Assembly (NCBI GenBank): GCA_963841195.1
Contig: CAWJBX010000009.1
Span: 94,998 to 158,997, forward strand
Length of the DNA stretch: 64,000 nucleotides
Direction: 5' to 3'
Source: an uncultured Actinomycetes bacterium
GTDB lineage: Bacteria; Actinomycetota; Acidimicrobiia; IMCC26256; PALSA-610
The notes under the pieces are model-generated. The model ran no database searches, had not been told where the DNA came from, and saw only the letters and a list, made by a program, of their open reading frames with translations. Below are positions 1 through 11,313 of this stretch, one piece after another. Both the position numbers and the translations under genes were made by a program. The stretch's first letter is position 1; the number at the start of each line of letters is the position of its first letter.

Positions 1-305
1 GGAAGATGTCGCCGAAACGCGGTCGACACGATTGCTTCGAAGCCGTAGTCCATCAACGCCCACACCGCGTGTTCGCGTGAGGAACCGACACCGAAGTTCG
101 GGCCCGCGACGAGAATCGTCGCATCGTTGTGGCGTTCCTGGTTCAGCACGAAGTCGCTGTTCTCGCGCCATTCGCTGAACAAACCCTCGCCAAACCCGGT
201 GCGTTCGACGCGCTTCAGCCAGTCGCTCGGGATGATTTGGTCGGTGTCGACGTCGGAGCGCACCAGCGGGACGCCCGTGCCCGTAATCACCTGAACCGGT
301 TTCAT
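1..305 (-). CDS. leuD: 3-isopropylmalate dehydratase small subunit (partial, C-terminus beyond window edge)
   Basis: Minus-strand translation from ATG at 305..303 gives [32 protein letters not shown]..., typical LeuD N-terminus. ATGA start/stop overlap with leuC stop at 302-304. Confidence 0.85.
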   Translation of the reverse strand, partial: MKPVQVITGTGVPLVRSDVDTDQIIPSDWLKRVERTGFGEGLFSEWRENSDFVLNQERHNDATILVAGPNFGVGSSREHAVWALMDYGFEAIVSTAFRRHL

Positions 306-1702
306 GCGAGATCCTCCGGAGTTGCGAAGTGGCCGGCGATTGCAGTTGCAGCTGCGACCGCGGGCGATACCAAGTGCGTGCGGCCGCCCTTGCCTTGGCG
401 GCCTTCGAAGTTGCGGTTCGACGTCGACGCGCACCGTTCGCCGGGCGCGAGCTTGTCGGGGTTCATCGCCAGGCACATCGAGCAGCCCGGTTCGCGCCAG
501 TCGAAACCGGCGGCGGTGAACACCTTGTCGAGCCCTTCCGCTTCGGCTTGCGTCTTCACCGCGGCGGAACCGGGGACGACGAGCGTGCGCACGCCGTCCT
601 TCACGTGTTTGCCGGCGACGACCGCGGCCGCGGCGCGCAAGTCTTCGATACGCGAGTTCGTGCACGACCCGATGAACACCGTGTCGACGTCAACCTCGCG
701 CATCGGCGTGCCGGCCTTCAGGCCCATGTACGCGAGCGCGCGCTGCGCCGATTCACGCGCCGACGCGTCGGCGAAGTCGTCGGGGCTCGGCACGTTCGCG
801 TCGATGCGGATCGTCTGCGCCGGATTCGTGCCCCACGAGACGTGCGGCACGAGTGTTGTCGCGTCGATGTGCACTTCCTTGTCGAACGGGGCACCGGGGT
901 CGGTGGCGAGCGCACGCCACGCGTCGAGTGCGCGTTCCCATTCGGCACCCTTCGGCGCGTGGGGCCTGCCTTCGAGGTACGAGAACGTCGTGTCGTCGGG
1001 CGCAACGAGCCCGGCGCGGGCGCCGGCTTCGATCGACATGTTGCACACCGTCATGCGCCCTTCCATCGAGAGCGAACGGATTGCGCTGCCGCGGTATTCG
1101 AGCACGGAACCGATGCCGCCGCCGGTACCGATGCGAGCAATGATCGCAAGCACGACGTCCTTCGCGGTCACACCCGCGGGCAGGTCGCCCTCCACAGTGA
1201 TCGCCATCGTGCCCGGCTTCATCTGCGGCAACGTTTGCGTCGCGAGCACGTGCTCGACTTCGCTCGTTCCGATACCGAACGCGAGCGCGCCGAACGCGCC
1301 GTGCGTCGAGGTGTGACTGTCGCCGCACACGATCGTCATGCCCGGCTGCGTCAGCCCTTGCTCAGGGCCGATCACGTGCACGATGCCTTGTAGCGGATTG
1401 CGCATGCCGTAACAGGTGATGCCGAACTCGTTGCAGTTCCGCTCGAGCACTTCCATTTGCTTGGCCGAGATCGGATCGTCGAGCGGCTGGTCGAGGTCGG
1501 CGGTCGGAACGTTGTGATCCATCGTCGCGACCGTGAGATCGGGGCGGCGCACACCGCGACCCGCCATGCGCAGCCCGTCGAACGCCTGCGGCGAGGTCAC
1601 CTCGTGCACGAGATGCAGGTCGATGTAGAACAGATCGGGCACTCCGTCGGCGCGGTGCACGACGTGCCCTTCCCAAATCTTTTCGGAGAGCGTGGGCATC
1701 AT
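302..1702 (-). CDS. leuC: 3-isopropylmalate dehydratase large subunit
   Basis: Intact 466-aa reading frame starting [15 protein letters not shown]. Aconitase-family motifs ([36 protein letters not shown]). Start chosen at the MM pair; the ORF track extends further upstream without a plausible N-terminus. Confidence 0.9.
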   Translation of the reverse strand: MMPTLSEKIWEGHVVHRADGVPDLFYIDLHLVHEVTSPQAFDGLRMAGRGVRRPDLTVATMDHNVPTADLDQPLDDPISAKQMEVLERNCNEFGITCYGMRNPLQGIVHVIGPEQGLTQPGMTIVCGDSHTSTHGAFGALAFGIGTSEVEHVLATQTLPQMKPGTMAITVEGDLPAGVTAKDVVLAIIARIGTGGGIGSVLEYRGSAIRSLSMEGRMTVCNMSIEAGARAGLVAPDDTTFSYLEGRPHAPKGAEWERALDAWRALATDPGAPFDKEVHIDATTLVPHVSWGTNPAQTIRIDANVPSPDDFADASARESAQRALAYMGLKAGTPMREVDVDTVFIGSCTNSRIEDLRAAAAVVAGKHVKDGVRTLVVPGSAAVKTQAEAEGLDKVFTAAGFDWREPGCSMCLAMNPDKLAPGERCASTSNRNFEGRQGKGGRTHLVSPAVAAATAIAGHFATPEDLA

Positions 1703-1710
1703 TTGCTCCT

Positions 1711-1727
1711 GTCTCAACATATGAGAC
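1711..1727. promoter_or_regulatory. Palindrome GTCTCAacataTGAGAC in the leuC / IclR divergent intergenic region (candidate IclR/LtbR operator)
   Basis: Perfect 6-bp inverted arms with a 5-nt spacer, seen directly. It lies 10 bp upstream of the leuC start and 15 bp upstream of the regulator start. Confidence 0.35.
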
Positions 1728-1741
1728 GCTAGTATCGTTAC

Positions 1742-2439
1742 ATGGACAGTGTAGCAAGTGGCACGCAGGTGCTCGACCGCGCGGTCGCAGTGCTCGACGC
1801 CATCGCCGGGCGCGGGCCATGTTCGCTCGCCGACCTCGTCGACGCGACGGAGCTGCCGCGCCCGACCGCGTACCGGCTCGCGGTCGCGCTCGAACACCAC
1901 GGGCTGCTGGCGCGCGACGGCGAGGGCCGCTTCGTGCTCGGGGGCCGGCTTGCCGGTTGGGGCGCCCTCGCGCAGAGCCGGCTCGTCGACGTGGCGGGCC
2001 CCGTGCTCGCCGCGCTTTCGAACGAGACCGGCGAAAGCGTGCAGCTCTTCGTGCGCGAAGGCGACCAGCGGGTGTGTGTCGCCACGTGCCGAACGGCCGA
2101 GTGGTCTGCGCGACACGGTGCCGCTCGGGGCAGTGATGCCGCTCGACGCGCGGATCGGGCGGCAAAGTGCTCTTGGCATGGGCCGACGATGCTGACGCGT
2201 TCGACATCGCGTCCGGCCTCCTCGCGACCGTGCGGCGCCGGGGCTGGGCCGAAAGCGTGGGGGAGCGGGAGGCGGGGGTCGCGAGCGTGAGCGCGCCGGT
2301 TCGGAGCGGCGACGGGACGGTTGTCGCCGCGATCAGCGTCAGCGGGCCGATCGAACGGCTCGGCCAGCATCCCGGGCGGCGTTTGGCCCGGGCCGTGACC
2401 GAGGCCGCGGAACGGCTCGGCTCTGTCATCGCGAGGTAA
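1742..2439 (+). pseudogene. IclR-family transcriptional regulator (LtbR-like leucine regulator), disrupted by two frameshifts
   Basis: N-terminal winged HTH ([13 protein letters not shown]...[19 protein letters not shown]). The C-terminal effector domain continues in two other frames: ...[23 protein letters not shown] then [10 protein letters not shown]...[26 protein letters not shown]. Single-base indels near 2087 and near 2155. Confidence 0.75.
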
Positions 2440-2598
2440 CAGAGGCGAAACAATGGCCACTTACCGTCACCGGCATGGACCAGGCGCAGATCCTCCGGTG
2501 CGGGAAACCCGTTGGCGTTCCGTGTGATGGAGCACCGGAGGTCGAAGCCGCATGAGTATGGACGTCGAGGTGGTGCGATGGCCGGCTGACAGCAGCGG

Positions 2599-3043
2599 TT
2601 GGCGGAATTGCGTGATTCTGCTGTCCCTCGATTGCTCGTGGTTGCCGACGATGCCGAGCCACCAGTGCCGGTCGATTGTCTCGAGGATTGGGTAACGGCC
2701 GGCGCGCCGGAATGGGAAGTCGACGCCCGTCGCAAGTCGCTCTCGATTCGCGCCAACCAGCACGCGGTCCGGCCGGCTGCTCGACGACGACGGCCTCTTG
2801 CACCACCGCGACGCGTGGGTGTCGCTCTCGCCGGTCGAACAGTCGCTGGCATCGGCGATGCTCGACCGCTTCGGTGCGGTGGTGACGCGCGAGATGCTGG
2901 CCGACCGGGCATGGCCCGCAGGCGTACCGACGCGCAACGCGCTCGACGTGCACGTGCTGCGCTTACGACGCCGCATCGCGCCCCTCGGCCTCGAAATCCG
3001 CACCGTTCGTTCGCGCGGTTATCTGCTGCAATCACGGGAGGTC
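2599..3043 (+). pseudogene. OmpR/PhoB-type winged-helix DNA-binding protein lacking a full receiver domain (one frameshift near 2770)
   Basis: Trans_reg_C-like segment LSPVEQSLASAMLDRFGAVVTREMLADRAWPAGVPTRNALDVHVLRLRRRIAPLGLEIRTVRSRGYLL. A short N-terminal part (TTG 2599, LRDSAVPRLLVVADDAE...) is in another frame. No in-frame stop before the hyuA start. Confidence 0.5.
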
Positions 3044-4839
3044 GTGTTGCAGATAGCGTCGCCGGGCGTGCGACTCGGGATCGACAGCGGCGGCACGTTC
3101 ACCGATCGTCGTACGCGACGACGGCACGCGTCGCCAAGGTTTCGTCGACTCCCGACGATCCGGCCCGCGCTGTCGCGCGAGGCAATCGCGTGAGCGTGCC
3201 GATGTGCTCGCGCACGGCACGACGGTTGCGACCAATGCCTTGCTGGAACGACGCGGGGCGCGCGTCGCGCTCGTCGCCACCGTGGTTTCGCCGACGAGAT
3301 CGAGATCGCGCGCCAGGTTCGGCCCTCGCTGTACGACCCCTTCGTCGACCGTCCGGCACCGCTTGTTCCGCGCGCGTTGCGCTTCGAGCGTAAGCGGTCG
3401 CCTCGACGGTCACGGCAACGAGACTCGAGCCGTTCGACGGAGCGGTGCCGGCAATTCCCGACGATGTCGACGCGATCGCGGTGTGTTTGTTGCACGCCGA
3501 TCTCAATGCTGCGCACGAGCAGGCGGTCGCGGACGCGCTCCGAAGCGCCGTACGGCAAGCTCGTGATCTGTTCGCACGACGTGAGTCCCGAGTTCCGCGA
3601 GTACGAACGCATGGTCACGACGGTCGTCGAGGCCTTTCTCGAGCCGGTGTGCGCGCCGTATCTCGCGCGCATCGCCGACCTTGCCGACGAAGCGCTCGTG
3701 ATGACGTCGGCGGGCGGGCTCATCCCGGCCGTCGACGCCGTTCGTGCCGCGGCCTCGCTCTTGCTCTCGGGCCCGGCCGGGCGGTGTGCGCGCCGCGGCG
3801 GAGATCGCGGCCGCGTGCGGTTTCGCCGACGCGGTGAGCTTCGACATGGGCGGGACGAGCACCGACGTTTGCCTGGTCCGCGGGCGGGTGCCCCGAGCCC
3901 ACGGCGGAGCGCGTCGTCGCCGGCTTCCCGATCCGGCTCCCCGCGCTCGACGTGCACACGATCGGCGCGGGCGGTGGTTCGATCGCGCGGCTCGATGCGG
4001 GCGGCGCGCTTGTGGTCGGTCCGCGGAGCGCGGGCGCGGTTCCCGGTCCGGCGTGTTACGGACGCGGTGGCACCGAACCGACCGTCACCGACGCCGATCT
4101 GTTGCTCGGCCGCATCCCGGCCGACGCCGCACTCGCGAGATCTCGGTCGGCTCGACGTCGCCGCGGCACGCGCCGCGCTCGAGCGCGCCGGTGTCGAACG
4201 CCGAAGGTGTCGTCGCGGTCGTCGACGCCGCGATGGAACAAGCGGTGCGCGTCGTGACCGTCGAACGCGGTGTCGACCCGCGCGATCTCGCGCTCGTCGC
4301 GTTCGGCGGCGCGGGCCCGTTGCACGCGTGCGCGATCGCCGACGCGCTCGGTATGCGTGCGGTCGTCATACCGCCGCGCGCCGGCGTGTGCTCGGCCGTC
4401 GGTCTCTTGTGCGCACCGAAAGCGCGCGAGGTCGTGCACATCGTTCGCCGGCGGTTCGCTGAGCGACGCGCTCGAACGCGTCGCCGCGCGACGTGCGATC
4501 ACTCGTCGGCGCGGGCAGCGTCGTCGAGACGTTCGGTCGACTGTCGTTACGTCGGCCAGAGCCACGAGCTGACGCGTTCCATCCGCTGGACGATTTTCCG
4601 GCCGAGCACGAGCGGCGCAACGGTCACGCGCGGCCCGGCGCGCCGGTCGAGGTCGTCGCGGTGCGCGCCCGGGCGTCGATCGCGGCGCCGTTGCGCATCA
4701 CCGACCTGCCCGCCGTCGATCGCGGCCCGCGTGGTCGGCCCGGCGGTCGTCGCCGAAGCCCGACTGCACGGTGTGGGTTCCCGAGGGCTGGCGCGCCGAG
4801 CCGCGTCCGCTCGGCGCGTGGGTCGTGGAGCGGCGATGA
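3044..4839 (+). pseudogene. hyuA: Hydantoinase/5-oxoprolinase A subunit (HyuA family), many frameshifts
   Basis: GTG start with RBS GGGAGG. Family signature fragments spread over all three frames: [149 protein letters not shown]. Apparent ATGA overlap with hyuB. Confidence 0.75.
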
Positions 4840-6417
4840 ACGGCCGCGACTCGACGCCGCGACGTTGCAGGTGTGGATCTCGCGGCTCACCGGCGTCGCC
4901 GACGAGATGGGCGCGGTGCTGCGCCGCGCCGCGTACAGCCCGAACATCAAGGAGCGCGCCGACTGTTCGTGCGCGTTGTTCACGCCCGACGGCACGCTGC
5001 TCGCGCAGGCCGAGCACATCCCGGTGCATCTCGGATCGATGCCGGCGTCGCGGTGCGCGCCGCGATCGACGCCTGCGGCGACGGCGTTGCAGCCCGGCGA
5101 GCAGATCGTCGTCAACGATCCGTTCGCGGGCGGGACGCATCTCAACGACATCACGTTCGTCGCGCCCGTGTACGACGACGACGGCGACGCTCGCTCGGTT
5201 GGGTCGCGAACCGCGCCCATCACGCCGACATCGGCGGCATGGCGCCGGGTTCGATGCCGCCCGACGCGACCGAGATCTTCCAAGAAGGGCTGCGCATCCC
5301 GCCGGTGCGGTGGACGCCGGAGGTCGAGGCGCTTGTTCGTCGCCGCGTCGCGCACGCCCGACGAACGGCGCGGCGATCTCGACGCGCAACTCGGCGCGAA
5401 CCGGCTCGGCGTCGCGCGCGTCTGCGCGAGCTCCGCTCGCCACCGCGCCCGACGTCGTTCGCCGAGATCGTCGACTACGGCGAGCGCCGCATGCGCGCCG
5501 CGATCGCCGCGCCGTGCCCGACGGCGAGTACGCGTTCGACGACGTGCTCGACTCGACCGGCGGGCCCGGCCGGTCCGCAGCCGGCGCGCATCCGCGGTCA
5601 CGGTCACGGTCGCGCGGCGACGTCGATCACGTTCGACTTCACCGGTACCGACGCGCAACGCGCGGGCTCGGTCAACGCGGTCGAAGCCGTGACGCGTCAG
5701 CGCGGTCGTGTTCGCGTTGCGGTCGGTCGTCGATCCCGACCTTCCCGCGAACGGTGGCGCGTTGCGGCCCGTGCGCGTGCTCGCGCCGCCGGGTTCGATC
5801 GTCGCCGCGGAGCTGCCGGTCGCGGTCGGCGGCCGGCAACGTCGAGGTGAGCCAGCGCGTCGCCGACGTGTGCCTCGGCGCGCTCGCGCAGGCCGCGCCC
5901 GACCGCGTCGGTGCGCGCGTCGCAGGGCACGATGAACAACGTGCTCGTCGGCGGCGACGGGCTGGGTGTACTACGAGACGATCGGCGGCGGGCAGGGCGG
6001 CCGGCCCAACGGGCAGGCCGGCATGAACGGCGTGCACACCGCGATGACGAACACGCGCGACACGCCGGTCGAGGCGTTCGAGCGCGCGTATCCGATGCGG
6101 GTGCGGCGCTACGCGCTGCGCACCGGCAGCGGCGGCGCGGGCGCTGCGCCGCGGCGGCGACGGCATCGTCCGCGAGCTCGAGATGCTCGAGGACGCGACG
6201 CTGTCGCTCGATCACCGAACGGCGCGCGTCAGCGCGCCGTGGGGACTCGCCGGCGGCGCGCCGGGCGCGGTCGGCGAGAACTGGCTGCTGCCCGGCGGCG
6301 ACGAGGCCGCGGCGCGCCGGCTCGCCGACAAGGGCACCGTGCGATCTCGTCGCCGGCGACGTCGTGCGCATCCTGACGCCGGGCGGCGGCGGCTTCGGGC
6401 GCGTGCCGGAGCGCTAG
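4836..6417 (+). pseudogene. hyuB: Hydantoinase/5-oxoprolinase B subunit (HyuB family), many frameshifts
   Basis: Fragments LDAATLQVWISRLTGVADEMGAVLRRAAYSPNIKERADCSCALFTPDGTLLAQAEHIPVHLGSM, QPGEQIVVNDPFAGGTHLNDITFVAPVYDDDGD, LGWVANRAHHADIGGMAPGSMPPDATEIFQEGLRIPPV, NNVLVGGDG, YYETIGGGQGGRPNGQAGMNGVHTAMTNTRDTPVEAFERAYPMRVRRYALRTGSGGAG, GDVVRILTPGGGGFGRVPER* are spread over three frames. Confidence 0.75.
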
Positions 6418-6892
6418 CCGAGCGACTTCACGGCGACGACCGTCACCGACATCTCGCGCTTCGGGCCCTGGTACGTGACGGTCGCGCCGGGCGCCTTGCC
6501 GAGGATCGCCATGTCCGAGCGGCGAGTTCGTCGACAGCACGTCGTACTTCTCGTTGCGTTCTTCGATCGAACCGACGAGATACGTGACGAGGTCGTCGTC
6601 GCCGGCGTACGCAAGCTCGACGAGCGCGCCCGGTTCGACGACGTCGGCCGCGCGGTCTTGCGTCGATGACGACCGCGTTCTTCAGCATCTGCTCGAGCTG
6701 GCGGATGCGGGCCTCGTTGAGGCCATGCTCGTTCTTGGCCGCGTCGTAGTCGGCGTTCTCCTTGATGTCGCCGTGCTCGCGGGCGCGTTCGATCGCGTGA
6801 GAGAGCTCCAGCCGGCGCGTCGTGGTGCGTTCTTCCAGCTCCGCCTTCAGCCGTTCGTGGGCCTGCGGGCGAGAGGTGGGGCTCGGTCATGG
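6414..6892 (-). pseudogene. greA: Transcription elongation factor GreA, at least 3 frameshifts
   Basis: Minus strand: MTEPHLSPAG (start 6892), then ARIRQLEQMLKNAVVIDA, then VLSTNSPLGH, then MAILGKAPGATVTYQGPKREMSVTVVAVKSLG*, in different frames but in GreA order. Confidence 0.75.
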
Positions 6893-7044
6893 CGGGCAGG
6901 GTACTTCGGTCGCTCGCCCGAATCCGGCGACACGGGCGATTTTCGCACGTGCCGGTGACGGGCCGTAAGTGGTTTGACATCGTTGTGATCTGCTGCGATC
7001 CTGGAGGCCTCATGTCCGTGCACTTCTCGGTCATCGTCATTCGT

Positions 7045-7102
7045 AAGCGAACGCCGCACCGGCGTTCGCTTCAACCGTCCACGCCAGCGTGGGCGGTTTT
7101 TT
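7045..7102 (+). promoter_or_regulatory. leuB leader: 12-bp perfect hairpin plus GC hairpin followed by TTTTTT, immediately upstream of the leuB RBS (candidate attenuator or terminator)
   Basis: AAGCGAACGCCG-cacc-CGGCGTTCGCTT (7045-7071), then CCAC..GTGG followed by T6 (7079-7102), then RBS GAAGGAGA. A U-tract is unusual in this GC-rich sequence. Confidence 0.3.
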
Positions 7103-7123
7103 CGTGGAGTGAAGGAGACAGCA

Positions 7124-8122
7124 GTGGCCCACTCGGGTCGGGATCATCGGCGGGGACGGCATCGGTCCCGAGGTCACAGCCGAAGCGCTGAAGGTCGTGC
7201 GCGCCGCCGGCGTCGAGCTCGACACCGTCGACTACGACCTCGGTGGCCGCCGCTACCTCGCGACCGGCGAAGTGCTGCCCGACGCGGTGCTCGACGAGCT
7301 GCGCGGCTTCGACGCGATCCTGCTCGGCGCGGTCGGCACACCCGAGGTTCCGCCCGGCGTGCTCGAGCGCGGGCTGCTGTTGAAGATGCGTTTCGCGCTC
7401 GACCTCTACGTGAACCTGCGGCCGTTCAAGGCCGGCCCGGCCGCCACAACGACGGCGTCGACTTCCTCGTCGTGCGCGAGAACACCGAGGGAACGTACGC
7501 GGGCGAGGGCGGCTTCCTGCGCCAGCGGCACACCGCACGAGATCGCGACGCAGGGCTCGGTCAACACGCGGATGGGTGTCGAGCGGTGCGTGCGCTACGC
7601 GTTCGAGCTCGCGCAGTCGCGCGCGCGCAAGCACCTGCACGCTCGTGCACAAGACCAACGTGCTGACGTTCGCCGGCGACCTGTGGCAGCGCACGTTCGA
7701 CGACGTCGCGCGCGAGTTCCCCGACGTCGAAACCGCGTACAACCACGTCGACGCCGCGTGCATCTACTTCGTGCAGGACCCGGCCCGCTACGACGTGATC
7801 GTCACCGACAACCTCTTCGGCGACATCCTCACCGACCTCGGCGGGGCGATCGGCGGCGGGATCGGCCGGGCCGCCTCCGCCAACCTCAACCCGGCCCGCA
7901 CCGGCCCGTCGCTGTTCGAGCCGGTCCACGGATCGGCGCCCGACATCGCCGGCACCGGGCAAGGCCGACCCCCGGGCGGCGGTGATTTCGGCCGCCATGA
8001 TGTGCGATTTCCTGGGCGAGGCGGACGCCGTGGCCCGAATTCAGAAAGCGCGTCGACAACAACCGACGATGTAGAAGGACACGACGACGCAGATCGGCGA
8101 CGCGATCGCCGCCGCCTGCTGA
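7124..8122 (+). pseudogene. leuB: 3-isopropylmalate dehydrogenase, at least 3 frameshifts
   Basis: GTG 7124 after RBS GAAGGAGA. MAHSGR then [19 protein letters not shown]...LYVNLRPFK then [25 protein letters not shown] then [29 protein letters not shown] then [22 protein letters not shown]...[19 protein letters not shown]...[16 protein letters not shown] then ...[14 protein letters not shown]. Confidence 0.8.
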
Positions 8123-8146
8123 CGTCGCTCGACGAAAGGCACTCCG

Positions 8147-9067
8147 ATGCCCATCACCCCGACCGAGAAGATCTGGATGAACGGCGAGCTCATCCCGTGG
8201 GCCGACGCGCAAGATCCACATCCTCACGCACTCGCTGCACTACGGCACCGGTGTCTTCGAGGGAATCCGCGCGTACGAGACCGAGCGCGGGCCCGCGGTC
8301 TTCCGTCTGACCGAGCACATCGCAGCGCCTGTTCGACTCGGCGCACATCATGATGATGGAGATTCCGTACACGGTCGACCAGCTGGTGCAGGCGACGAAG
8401 GACACCGTGCGCGCCACCGGTTTGCCGTCGTGTTACGTCCGGCCGATCGCGTACTACGGCTACGGCGAGATGGGTCTGAACACGTTGCCGTGCGAGGTCG
8501 ACGTCGCGATCGCGTGCTGGCCGTGGGGTGCGTACCTCGGTGACGACGCGGTGTCGCAAGGGCGTGCGCATGAAGATCTCGAGCTGGACGCGCCACGACC
8601 ACAACACGATGCCGCCGCTGTCGAAGACGACCGGCAACTACGTGAACTCGTCGCTCGCGAAGGTCGAAGCGTTGAAGGCCGGTTACGACGAAGCGATCAT
8701 GCTCAACCCCGACGGTCTCGTGTCGGAGTGCACGGGCGAGAACATCTTCGCGGCGCGGCGCGGTGTGCTGATCACGCCGCCGGTCTCGGCCGGCGCATTG
8801 CCGGGCATCACGCAGGACTCGGTCACCACGATCGCCCGCGACCACGGCTTCGAAGTGCGCGTCGACGACTTGTCGCGCAGCGACCTCTACATCTGCCGAG
8901 GAGATGTTCGTGTGCGGCACGGCGGCCGAAGTGTCAGCGCCGTGAACTCGTCGACGACCGCGCGATTCCGTGCCCGGGCCCGATGACCAAGGTCATCGCC
9001 GCCGAAGTACGCCAAGGCCGTGCGGGGCGAGATCGACAAGTACAAAGACTGGTGTGAGCTCGTATGA
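8147..9067 (+). pseudogene. ilvE: Branched-chain amino acid aminotransferase, frameshifted
   Basis: [21 protein letters not shown] / [18 protein letters not shown]...[16 protein letters not shown] / SSWTRHDHNTMPPLSKTTGNYVNSSLAKVEALKAGYDEAIMLNPDGLVSECTGENIFAARRGVLITPP...GITQDSV / ...[21 protein letters not shown] over three frames. Confidence 0.8.
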
Positions 9068-10706
9068 GTGAGCGTGACGCAAGTGCCGAAGGCGCCGGCC
9101 GCCAGATCGAGATCTACGACACGACGTTGCGCGACGGGTCGCAGCTCGAAGGGATCTCGCTGACCGTCGAGGACAAGCTGCGGATCGCCGAGCAGCTCGA
9201 CTGGCTCGGCGTCCACTACATCGAGGCGGGCTGGCCCGGCGCCAACCCGAAGGACGACGAGCTGTTCCAGCGCGCGCCCGACGGAGCTGAAGCTTGAAGA
9301 CCGAGCACGCTGGTCGCGTTCGGATCGACCCGGCGCGTCAAGGGCAAGGTCGACAGCGACGACACGCTGCGCCACCTGGTCGAGGCCAACGTCGGCACGG
9401 TGTGCATCGTCGGCAAGTCGTGGGACTACCACGTCACCGAAGCGCTCGGCACCACGCTCGACGAAGGCGTCGCGATGGTCGGCGACTCGGTCGAGTTCCT
9501 GCGTCGCTCCGGCATGCAGGTGCTGTTCGACGCCGAGCACTTCTTCGACGGCTTCAAGCGCAACCCCGAGTTCTCGTTGCGCGTGCTCGAAGCGCGCGGT
9601 GACGAACGGCGCGAGTCATCTCGTGTTGTGCGACACGAACGGCGGCGCGCTGCCGCACGAGGTCGAAGAGGCGGTGGCCGAGGTCGTGCGCGTACTTCGG
9701 CGGCGACGTCAAGGTCGCCGTGCACTTGCACGACGACGCCGGTACCGGTGTGGCGAACGCGCTCGCCGGCGTGCTCGGCGGCGCGACGCAGGTGCAGGGA
9801 ACGATCAACGGGTACGGCGAGCGCACCGGCAACTGCAATCTCACGACGATCATCCCGAACCTCACGTTGAAGATGGGGTACGAGACGATCCCGCGTGACC
9901 GGCTCGAGCGGCTGACGCCGGTCGCGCACCACATCGCCGAGCTCGTGAACATGCCGCTGAACCCGCAGGCCGCGTACGTCGGTCACTCCGCGTTCGCGCA
10001 CAAGGCCGGGCTTGCACACGAGCGCGATCGCGAAGCGGCCCGACGCGTACGAGCACGTCGTCGCCCGAGTCGTCGGCAACGGCACTCGCTTCGTCGTGTC
10101 GGAGCTCGCGGGCAAGTCGACGCTCGGGCTGAAGGCCAAGGAACTCGGGCTCGAGCTCGACGGTCCGCAGCTCGCGGACGTCGTCGAGACGTTGAAGCGG
10201 CTCGAGCACGAGGGCTACCACTTCGAGGTCGCCGACGGATCGCTCGAGCTGCTGATGCGGCGGGCGACCGGGTGGGAACCCGACTGGTTCCGCGTCGAGT
10301 CGTTCCGCGTGATCACCGACGACGTCGTCGGGCGTCGACACGCTGACCGACAAGACCGGCGCGACCGTGATGACCGAAGCGACGGTGAAGGTCCACATCG
10401 GCGGCCGGCGCGTCGGTTGCGACCGCGGAAGGCAATGGTCCGGTGAACGCGCTCGACACCGCGCTGCGCACCGCGCTCGAACGGCTACGTTCCCGGACGC
10501 TCGAACGTGTGCACCTCACCGACTACAAGGTGCGCGTGCTCGACACGAACAAGGGCACCGGCGCGGCGACACGCGTGCTGATCGACTCGACCGACGGCGA
10601 CGCGACCTGGACGACGATCGGTGTGAACGAGAACATCATCGAAGCGTCGTGGCAGGCCCTCCTCGACTCGATCCACTTCGCGTTGTTGCGTTCCGAGGCG
10701 TCGTAG
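9064..10706 (+). pseudogene. cimA: (R)-citramalate synthase / 2-isopropylmalate synthase family (LeuA/CimA), frameshifted
   Basis: [72 protein letters not shown]; HLHDDAGTGVANALAGVLGGATQVQGTINGYGERTGNCNL; C-terminal LeuA-dimer regulatory domain ...[51 protein letters not shown]. At least 3 frameshifts. ATGA overlap with ilvE. Confidence 0.75.
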
Positions 10707-10755
10707 AAGCCGCTCCACGCGGCTTCAGCGACGCCTCGGCAGGTAGCCTGCGGGC

Positions 10756-11300
10756 GTGCCCACCGATCCGTTCGTTCCGGCCGATCCCGAGTGCGCGGCC
10801 GCGCCAGCAGCAGAACCTGCCGCCCGGCGTTGCGTTGCCGCCCTCGCCGCAGTGGATTGCCGATCGGCCCGGCGATCTCGGTCCGCGCCAACCCGAGGGC
10901 AACCTCTTGGGCGACCCGGGCCCCAACGTCGGCTACGCGTACACGCTCGCGCAGCGGGCCAAGGACCGGCTGCGCCTCGGTCCGTACGAGCACGACCACG
11001 ACGTCGTCGCGGTGCATTGCGGAAATCGCGGGTCGTCGTGCCGCGTCAGTTCGGCCGGGCGCCGGTGATCGGCGACGTCGACCTCGCGATCGCGTTGCTC
11101 GGTTACGACGGCACTGCGAGCCCTGACTTCGTCGAGGCGCGCACGCTGATGACGCAAGAAGCCGGCCACTCGTATCCGAAGCGGCGCGCCCTCGTCGACG
11201 CCGTGCCCGAAGATCTCTTGCGTCCCGTCGATCTGAAGTCGGGCGTCGATTCCTGGCGCGCGCAGCTCGTTACCAAGCTGCTGCTCGGGCCAGCCCACGA
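10756..11300 (+). pseudogene. Hypothetical protein (function unknown), apparently frameshifted; boundaries uncertain
   Basis: Peptide segments in two frames: ...LGDPGPNVGYAYTLAQRAKDRLRLGPYEHDHDVVAVHC and VVPRQFGRAPVIGDVDLAIALLGYDGTASPDFVEARTLMTQEAGHSYPKRRALVDAVPEDLL. No recognisable family. Confidence 0.3.
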
Positions 11301-11313
11301 TGTAGCTGTGGGC

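Noticed and set aside
1362-6026. Very long ORFs in multiple frames and on both strands across the hyu region (for example 1362..3035 minus 557 aa, 3744..6026 plus 760 aa, 3019..3957 minus 312 aa), Arg/Ala/Pro-rich
   Set aside because: Typical stop-codon-poor antisense and off-frame ORFs of 70%-GC DNA. Low-complexity R/A/P composition, no motifs, and they overlap recognisable genes.
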